A stretch of 64,000 nt of DNA from the human T2T-CHM13v2.0 reference genome, Homo sapiens, in NCBI RefSeq assembly GCF_009914755.1, contig NC_060934.1, one strand, 5' to 3'. This document shows, one piece after another, positions 55,313 through 64,000 of the stretch. Within the stretch, counting starts at the first letter, position 1. Every line of letters begins with the position of its first letter. The notes beneath the pieces were generated by a model that saw only the letters and a list, made by a program, of their open reading frames with translations, had not been told where the DNA came from and did no database searches. The translations under genes were made by a program, and so were the position numbers.

Positions 55313-56291
55313 CATTTCTTTTTCCCTGCTGGCTGTCAGATGTCAGGCCTTTGCTAACGATTGCCTAAAATCAGGCTATTTAAAAAAAAAAAAACCTCTC
55401 TCTCTTTCTCTCCTTATATGCCTGCCTGCAGTGTCATCTTTGAAAACTGATCAGCTCAAGGTCATATGTAGGTTACTGGCAAACATCTTTTCAGAAGGAA
55501 AATAAAAAATCTTTTATTACCCTATAACAGGCTTCATGGCTAGCTGAACTAATGCATTATTACTGTAAGCTGAACTTCCATTTCAGTAAATAATTTATGG
55601 GCTGTTTTTAATCACTATGGTGGATGTCCAGAGTAAATGGAAATTTTATTGGCATGAACCAGGAGACCCTCTCACTACAAAGAACACTGAGTGTAAAATA
55701 ACCACTCTGCAAATGCTAAATAATAATTATGGAAATGAGCATTTACCATGGCAGAGACAGTAGCATCAAGCCCAGGCCAAGTTGGGGGCAGCATCAGGCC
55801 CATCCTGACACGGGGTAGCAACTTCTTGTTACCCCTCCTACCTCCCTGAATAGTCCAAGAGATGAAATGTCGCAGGGAGAGCGAACTGGGGCAGCTGAGT
55901 TTCCCAAGACAGGAAAAGCCCCGAGTCCCTGCAATCCCAAACTGTCAACAGGGGTGGTTCACAGTCTCTCTCCTAACTGCAGGTTCATGCATTGGTTCGT
56001 GGGCCTCCAATTGTGTCTATACATGTCCAGGCAACTGCTGGGAGAGGTGAAGACACACTTGCTTGACCAACAGTTTTACTACTAATTTTCATGAATTACA
56101 CTCCTCAACCTTACAGCCCTTCCCTCCAGCATCCAGCATTTGAAGAGGCTCTACCAGATCACCCTACACATGGTACTAAGATGTTTCTGTCCTCCTGGCT
56201 TCTCTCCCATGGACTCTGCTTGTTGGGGTAGGGCCAAGTCTTACTTCATCTCTAATTCCTTAGCTCTTGACATGTCACAAGCACTCAATGT

Positions 56292-56466
56292 TGGATGGAT
56301 GGATGGATGGATAGATGGATGGATGGATGGATGGGTGGGTGGATGGTGGGTGGATGGATGGATAGGTGGGTGGGTGGGTGAGTGGATGGATGGATGGATG
56401 GATGGGTTGGTAAGTGGATAGATGGATGGATGGATAGATGAGTGGATGGATGGATGAATGGATGGA
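56292..56466. repeat. Degenerate (TGGA)n tetranucleotide repeat, probably grown from an L2 tail
   Basis: repeat read directly; preceded by L2-like ...aagcactcaatgttggat. Confidence 0.9.
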
Positions 56467-57589
56467 CTTTTTATGTGTACCCAAAAGTGGACTCAGTGAC
56501 TATCCACAGACTAAGAGCGTCAGGGAGTTCTTTCCCAACTGAGGCATCAACTCTCTTGAGTTGGATATTAGTAACATACATGCTATGCTGAGTGACCTCC
56601 AACAATGTGGGATCAGCTCTCAAACCACCCAGGTCTGCCTCTCTCCTCAGATACCCCTTTTGCCAGTAAAACCACCACTGCTCCCAGATGGAAGAGTCCC
56701 TAGACTTCCTCCTTTCTCATTCTATCCCCAAGCCCTATCATTCCTTCTAATTAGCATCTCTTGCATTCGCTGGCTCCTCTGCTAAGTCACCACTACAGCC
56801 TTGGTCCAGATCCTCCTGAACTTTCAGTCTCCCTGTCCTGGGCCTGCCCCCTCCCCCAGACACACTCACCCTGCAGTTAAAGCCATGACTGCAGATACAG
56901 AGAAAGCCATCTGGTCAAAATCAAGGTCTGCTCACCTAACTCAACCTTGTCAGGGTCTTCCCCTGATGCCCATCTCCCATGCAATAAAGTCCAGCACACT
57001 ACTGACCCCAGGCTCTTCTAAGTCCACCCCACCTTCCTCTGCAGTCTCTTCTCTCTCTACTGCCCCACATCCCTGGCCATACCAAACCTATCCACAGGCC
57101 TTGGAACATCTGTGCTTGATTCAGCCTCTGGGCACTGCACATGCTGTTCCCCTGCCTAGCGTGCATCCTGCTTCTACAGCAGGCAAATTCTGCATCACCC
57201 TTCAGGGACCTCCACCTCTAAAAGTCAGCCTCCTCTTTTAAGAGAGAAGAGCCTTCTCAGCTCCCCCGGTGCAGATGAGAGAAGAACTTGTGCATCAGTT
57301 CCTGGTGATCAACTGGAAAACCCAGATGGGGGAAACTCGACAAGAGAGACAGGTTTCTCCTAAAGATAATCACAAGGAAAATCTACAGGAAAGGAGGGCA
57401 AACCTATGGACTAGAAGGTCTCAGCTCTGCTGTGCATCAGAACCCCCGAGGCTTGTTAAAACACAGATTAATGGTCTCACCCCCAGAGTTTCTCATCCAG
57501 TAGGTCTGAGGCTGGCTGACAATTTGCACTGATAATTTCCCAGGCTATCCTGACTGCCCCGGAGACCAACTGCGACAGCTTAGAAGAGA

Positions 57590-57972
57590 CTTAAAACACA
57601 CATCAACTCCAGTAAATGCAGTGGATGGACCTTTAGTGGATCCTAACTCAAACAATCCAAAAATGTTACATTTATGAGCCAATTAGAAACGTAAATGCTG
57701 ACCAGACATTGGTAATGCTAAGGGATTATTATTAATAGTACAGTTACATAATTTTTAAAAGAGCCCTTGTCCTCTAGGGATACATTCTCAAATGTACAGA
57801 CAAAACAATAGCATTTCTGGGATTTGTACCAGAATAGCAGGAGAGGGAAGGGGCAGGGATTAAACAAGGTTGGCCACAAGTTGATAATGACTAAAACTGG
57901 TGACAGATTCATGAGGCTTCAGTATAATATTTGCTCTGCTTTTGTATGTTTAAAACTTTCCATAATAAAATA
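57590..57972 (+). mobile_element. Old L1M 3' end fragment
   Basis: aaatgcagtggatggacctt...ggatcct...gtttaaaactttccataataaaa. Confidence 0.55.
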
Positions 57973-60900
57973 ATTGTGATTTGAATGTGCCAGTTACATG
58001 GAAGCTCCCGGACGGCAGGTCAATGTTTTTCTTCCGCTGTCCATCAGAGCACCTGGCCCATACATGGTAGGTGCTCCACACATATTTGGCAAATGAATGA
58101 ACAAACCAATAAGGATACGAGTTCACTGAAACCTACAAATGTGGACTCTGAAAGCTTGGGAAGGTTTTGGACCTGGGTCTCAGGGTGGGTGAAGGGCTCC
58201 CAAACATCAGGCTTCTCTGGGGCTGAGGCTGGTCGGCCCAGTAGACCAAATAGCCCTTAGAGCAGTCAGAATTTCAGCAGGCACCCACTGGCCCCCTCGC
58301 AGATGACAAAACAGATGTCCAGCCACCAGCTGAGCAGCTCCCACTCTGGGATGGGCGCCAGCCAGATCTCAGGTACAGGGCCCTCTGGTCATCAGCTGAC
58401 AGCTCCTAGACTTTGTAGCCGCTCTGTGAACCCAGGGCCTCAGAGGAGGTGGGGGTGGGGGGTATCCTCCATCCCCTGCTGGGCCCCTCCATGTCTGAGA
58501 AACAGTAGGGTATGCCCCTGCAGAGAGGCAGGATCACTTAAAGGACCCTGACATGCCCATTTTGCTTTGTCCTTCAGACTTGCTGAGATCCCAATGCCAT
58601 ATGGGAGGGGCAAGATGTAACAGCCTTGGCATCTTCCTGTGGTTCTCACCCCAGACAGGAATGGTGAGCTGAAATGCTGATGTTAGATGCCACCCTGTGA
58701 CCCTTTGTACAAGCTCTGAGTCCTCCCGAAAGGCAGGTGTGTGTTGGGGGGTGGGGTGGGGGGTGTGTATGTGTGTGTGTGCACGCATGTGCTCCTGTTG
58801 GGGACAAGGGCACTGGGTTTTCTGCTCAGGCCCCAGGTTGGCCTTAGCATTGGGATGAGTGGAGGTGGCAGGCCAAGCAGTCATACGTGGGCTGCAGGCC
58901 AAGGGGCATGTCTCCTAGAATCAGGACGGCTTTGGAATAGGAGCAAAGCCAGAGTTGGCTCTTCGGCTGCTGCTCTTAGAGGAACAGAAGAAAAACAAAA
59001 CAGCTCCTGAGGAGGATGAAGAGAGTGGAGGTGTGGATGTTTGTGAGCCTGGGGACACTGCCTCACCTCCCTCTGTGCCCCCTTCTCCCTCCATGAAGTG
59101 AGAATTGGTATTCTCAGGGCCCCCGTCACTCTGTTATCAATGAACACAGGACCAGTGAAACTCTGAAATAAACACCACCCTCCACCCACCATTTTCCAAA
59201 TTCCTTCATGGGGTCAGATATTCATGCGTTTTTTTGTTTACTTTTAGGCTCTTTTGCAAGCTTATTCAAACTCAAATTATTAATTCAAAACCACTAGAAA
59301 TATACAAACCCAGCACTCTATTGGGAAACCTATCATAGTCAGCACTCACTGCATGTGTATTTCATGCAAGCTAAGAGCCTTACAGGTGTATCTCATGGGG
59401 ACCTGCCCTGTAAGGAAGGTTGCTGTGAATTACTATCATTATTCCCATTCTGTAGGTGACAAAATGAAGCCTAGAAGGGTAAGAAAGAAGCCCGCATCCT
59501 TAGTCAGGATGCCACCCAGGCAGACTCAGAGCTCTCTGACTCCAAGCCTGCACACCTGCACGTTCCCAGTGCCACTAAGGCATCATCTCTAACTACGAGA
59601 CAGGTGTGAATGTAAATCCCCATTTCACAGACGAGCAAATAGCTGGAGGAAGTCAGGAGTCACCATCACAGGGCAGCTCCTGGCTGTCTCTGTCTGCAGG
59701 CTCATGAGACTGTGTGGCGTATTCTTTGGTCTGCAAAGCTCTATTTCGAAAACCATAATTCTCTCTCAAATCCGAAGATCCAGGTAGGAGAGGCACATAT
59801 TGGTAAGAGAGATGTTAGAGGTACTAGTTCAAAGTCGGGAAAGCCTGAGCTCAAATCCCACCATGACCACGTCCTAGATGCATGCCACTGGGTGGGCATC
59901 TATATCTGTAAAATCTGGCTCATGGCAAGCACCCGATACATTATGGATGTTATTTTGTTTATTATTATTGTTACCATCATCATTATAAAATCGTTCCAAC
60001 TGCTGCTGAGAAAACGACCGTGTGCTTACACAGTGACACAAGCAGAGCCCCCACCTTTGCATAATGTCAGCAAATACATTTCCTTTACGTTTTGCTTCTC
60101 TAGGCTTGTTAATCAAAGCTAAAAATTCCCACCAGACAGGAACTTGGCAAAGGGAACCTTCAGGAAAATTTAGTGATAGGAAACGTGAGGGCCGGTGCTG
60201 CCAGGGGTAAAGGAGACCCTCTGGCCCCAGTTTGCCCCCCAAGCTGTCTGCTCACCCCAGGGAACTTTCAGAATAACCTAGAAGAACTTGAGAGGCCATA
60301 TGACCACAGCTTGAGCCTTCCTGTATTCTACAGGGAAGCCCAGTCTCCATTCTAAAACTCACTGGGTCACTGTCAAGACTCTCTTCAGCTTCAAGGACAA
60401 GATTCCACCTGCCTGGGCCTCTGGAAGCCCTGGGTTTAGACTTCCCCAATTTCATCATGAACAGCCTTGTGACAGGTCAGTCTTCAGAGGCCACGGCACA
60501 GCTAGTGCTGCCTGGACTGAGGCTAAAGAAAGGGCCGAGGCCATTCCAGGCCAGTTGGTTTCCCCTTGAGCAGAATCTTTCACCTCCCAAACACTCACCA
60601 CCTGTCCCTGGGGAGGGGAGAGGGAAGAGGAGGTAAGGGTCGGGAAGGTGAAGGTTCATCCTTCTTCAGCTGAACCCTCTCATGAGAGAGAGATACACCA
60701 TCTCCAGGCAGGAAGGGGAACCCTTGGCCACCATGCCCTCCAAACCTGGGTAACTCGGGCACAAACCTTCCACTCTCTGCCAGTGCCCAGGAGGGCAGAG
60801 GCTTGAGCACATTTAAAAACCCCTCTGCAGCATTCCTTAATGGAAGAGACATCCCAAAACAGTTGTACGGCTTGTGCACTGCACAAAGGCACCAACCTTG

Positions 60901-63900
60901 AGGGACACCTCCCAAGCAGGGCTGCACTTACCCAGAGGTAAGTGTGCTATTTTCTTACCACAAAGGCATCTTTCCAAGCCTTGAAGGGCTGCACTGCCTA
61001 GAGCGGGCCCCTTTTTTTGAATTTTTGCATCTAAAGCAGATTTTTTCTAATTCACCCAAAAAGTAGCCATGGCACTTAATGGTCAAAGAAGGGAAGAAAA
61101 TGCTGGGTAAGGTACTAAGTTTCCCGCAAGTAAAGCTCAAGCAGAGGCCAGGCAACCACTTAACTGAGTTCTAGAAGAGGAACAGAAGGTCAGAAAAACT
61201 CAGGGGTGTGGGGTGAGAACTAGAATTTATGAATCGACACGAGATTCACTGAATACTTGCTACATGCCGGGTGTTGTAGAGGCTGAGTAGCTGTGCCGAA
61301 GTGCAGCGGCCATGGACCTCAGAGGGCTGGTTCAGACCTCGGCTCAGGTCCCTGCTGGTCTTGATAGATGCTGCCAAGATACTGCTGTGTCCACTCAAAA
61401 TCCATTTCCTGCTTCTTAACTAAACCCCAATTTTTACATTTGGGGTGTGATCCCTCCTGATAACTTGGGGTAGATCCCAAGTAATCTAAGCCAATCATGG
61501 CAAGCCTCCTCCCGCTGCCAATGAGGAACGTGGGAGTGGGTTTGTGACCCACAGTCCTGACTGATGGGACATGAGAGGAAGTCGGCCTGGGGCTTCTGGG
61601 AGGAAACACCCCGCCTTTTAAGTGAGTACCCTGAGAAGAGGGTGGACGCACAGGGGCGTGAGGCCACACCTGCAGCTGCCACCTTGCCACCAGCACACAG
61701 ATGCAGCCACCACCAAAGGAACCTCCCTCCGTCCTTGAGGGGGTCCATGAGCTGCCAAATCAGCCTGCTGGGCCCCTGGACTTCCCATTCTGGTCATAAT
61801 TTCCCTTCTCTGTAAACAAGACAGGATCAGGTTTTCCATGCTTTGCAACTAAAAACTGATTCCTAGTTATGCAATCTTGAACAAATTACTGAACTTCTCT
61901 GGTGCTTGGTTTTCCTTATGTATTAGATAGGGATAATAATAGCTCATACTTCCCAGGATTAATGAGGATTAAATAAGAATAATGCAGGCAAAAGTCTTAA
62001 CAAGTGTACCTATTATTATTTAGATGGCATCTCATATTATCTCATTAAACAACCCAATGAGGTGGGAAATATTTAACAGCAGAGAAAACCAAAACACAGA
62101 GAGGTTAAGCATCTTCCCAAAACCACACAGCCAGCAAGTCCCTGTCACCAGTGCCTGAGCTCCTTGTCTCTACCACATTCCAGCCCTGAGGTTCCTGGAC
62201 TCTGTGACTCCCACTCAAGTCTGTACTGCTGGCAGCTTGCAGCAAAGAGCAGTGAAAAAGTAAAGGGCTTTACTGGGAGTGGACCTAGGGAGTAAGTGCT
62301 AATGAATAGGAGTTTCTTCCCAGGGTGATAAAAATGTTTGGGAATTTAATAGTGGTGACGGTTGCACAATCTTGTGAATACTATAAACCACTGAATTTTA
62401 TGTGGTGAGTTTTATATGTGAATTATATCTCAATTAAAAACAAATCAAAGAGCTGCTAGAATCAGCCTTGTAAGGAGAAGTGCCCCTGTCCCCCTGCCTT
62501 CAGGAGCCCAGCCTCGTCTCTGGGAATGGACTCAGTCACCGCCACCCACCCTGGGCACCGCCCCCTCCCTCCTCCAACCTCTGTGCCTGGTAGAGTTGGC
62601 CACAACTTTCTCCCAGGACCCATCCAGTGGTTAATCTAGCTGCGGACTCCAGACTCTCCAACTGGGGCTGGGGCAAGAGCTGGCACTGGCCTCTCCCAGA
62701 CACCCTGCTCTTTGGCAACGTAAGAATGCAGGCACAGGGCCGGGGCAGCGCCCTAGTCAGACAGCTGCAGTTTCACTCTTCCCCTAGATGCTGGGAAGCT
62801 GGCTAGTCAGAGTAGAATGGCCCCACTCCTCCCCAAGGCCAGACGTGCCATCCTGCTGGGGTGCTGCAGGCTGACTTGCTGGTGCTTCCCCTGACAGATC
62901 AGCTGTTTCAAGCTATGCCAGAATAAATGCTAGTGAAAGCCTCAAAACCTGCAGCTGTAACTAGTCTTCTGCAGACCCACCTTTGACAGGAGGGCAAACT
63001 GCACAGCATTAAAACATTCTGCTGTGTGACCGTCTGCACGTGCCAGCTGCAGCTAGCCAGGTCCTGGGCAGGGAGGTGTGCAGGAACCTGCCTAAGAAAA
63101 TGCTCCTTCCAGGAAATAAAGGAAAAGAGAAGGCCAATGCTAAAAGGGGCTCCAAGGAGCTCTGAGAGAGGACGAGACAGGACCACCCACTGCAGCCTGG
63201 AGGGGAGGCACGATGGGAACTGCCCAGGATGCAGGGACACCCACAGAGGCTAAATGTTCTGCTCAGAACAGGCAGCCGCAGCACAGACAGCAGACTTCCA
63301 TGTCAGAAGAGAGGAGACAAAGTCCTTCCAGAGACTTTTTAAGACCTTTGAAGTCTAAAATCCCTAATTACTTCTTACTTTGTAAGTACAAAATCTTCAA
63401 TGACAGACTTACATTTGTACAAAAAGAATTAGTAAACTGGGTTAAGTTATTGATTAACTTTAGACTTTGCTAAGTTAAGTATGCATGGCAAAATTTCAAG
63501 GGTAACTAATCTTGAAAGCAGTTGAAATTGAATCCCTAACTTCAGAGCAGTAAAGAGAGATAAATACACAAGACACTGAATGAACAATTCCTCCTGGGGA
63601 CCGAATTTGCTCAAAGTCTTTTCCCAAGGAATCCATAGGTCACAGAAAGGCATCTCCCAGGTCTCCTCCACAGAGCACAGGATCCAGAGGTCACCCAGAG
63701 CGTCCCACCTGAGGCCAAGCAGCTGTGATGAGGCCAGCAGGGTGCCCCCTCTATCCCACCTTTTTATATTGTACCAAGCCAGCTCCTGGCCCAGAGAAGG
63801 CAAAATACTGACCATTAAATTTTGATGAGCTTTTGAATTTGAACTTAAAGTAAGTCAATCTCACTAAAAACAAAACAAAACAAAACAAAACGAAAACCCG

Positions 63901-64000
63901 GGTGTGCATGACTATAGCAGGGTAAGAGCAAACAAACTACAAACCCATCCTAATCCCCATCCCTCCCCTCCCCGGCACTGAAATGCAAATATGAGTCTCT

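Overview
Human genomic DNA (about 50% GC, rich in Alu, L1, MIR and MaLR repeats), recognised as the 10q25.3 locus. It holds two minus-strand genes in tandem. (1) HSPA12A, an atypical Hsp70: coding exons 2-12 (49574 down to the stop at 17107) plus a ~3.6 kb 3' UTR. Exon 1 lies beyond the right edge. All junctions are GT-AG and phase-consistent, giving 675 aa once the missing 40 coding nt of exon 1 are added. (2) C10orf82/SPMIP5: CpG-island promoter at ~12.2-12.7 kb and five coding exons giving 234 aa. The rest is intron/intergenic sequence with transposon relics, microsatellites and a 33-bp minisatellite. Nearly all other ORFs in the track are repeat-derived or chance. I found no CRISPR array, structured RNA gene or new multi-gene system. 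The best leads are regulatory or structural: a dual-frame last exon of C10orf82; a minisatellite made of RBPJ and KLF/SP motifs; an NRF2-ARE abutting a PBX-HOX site; a 91%-identical 76-bp MIR duplicate bracketing HSPA12A exons 8-10; a four-element nested transposon stack; a (UG)16 run next to the exon 2 donor; and a possibly bidirectional CpG island ~0.8 kb from the HSPA12A poly(A) site.
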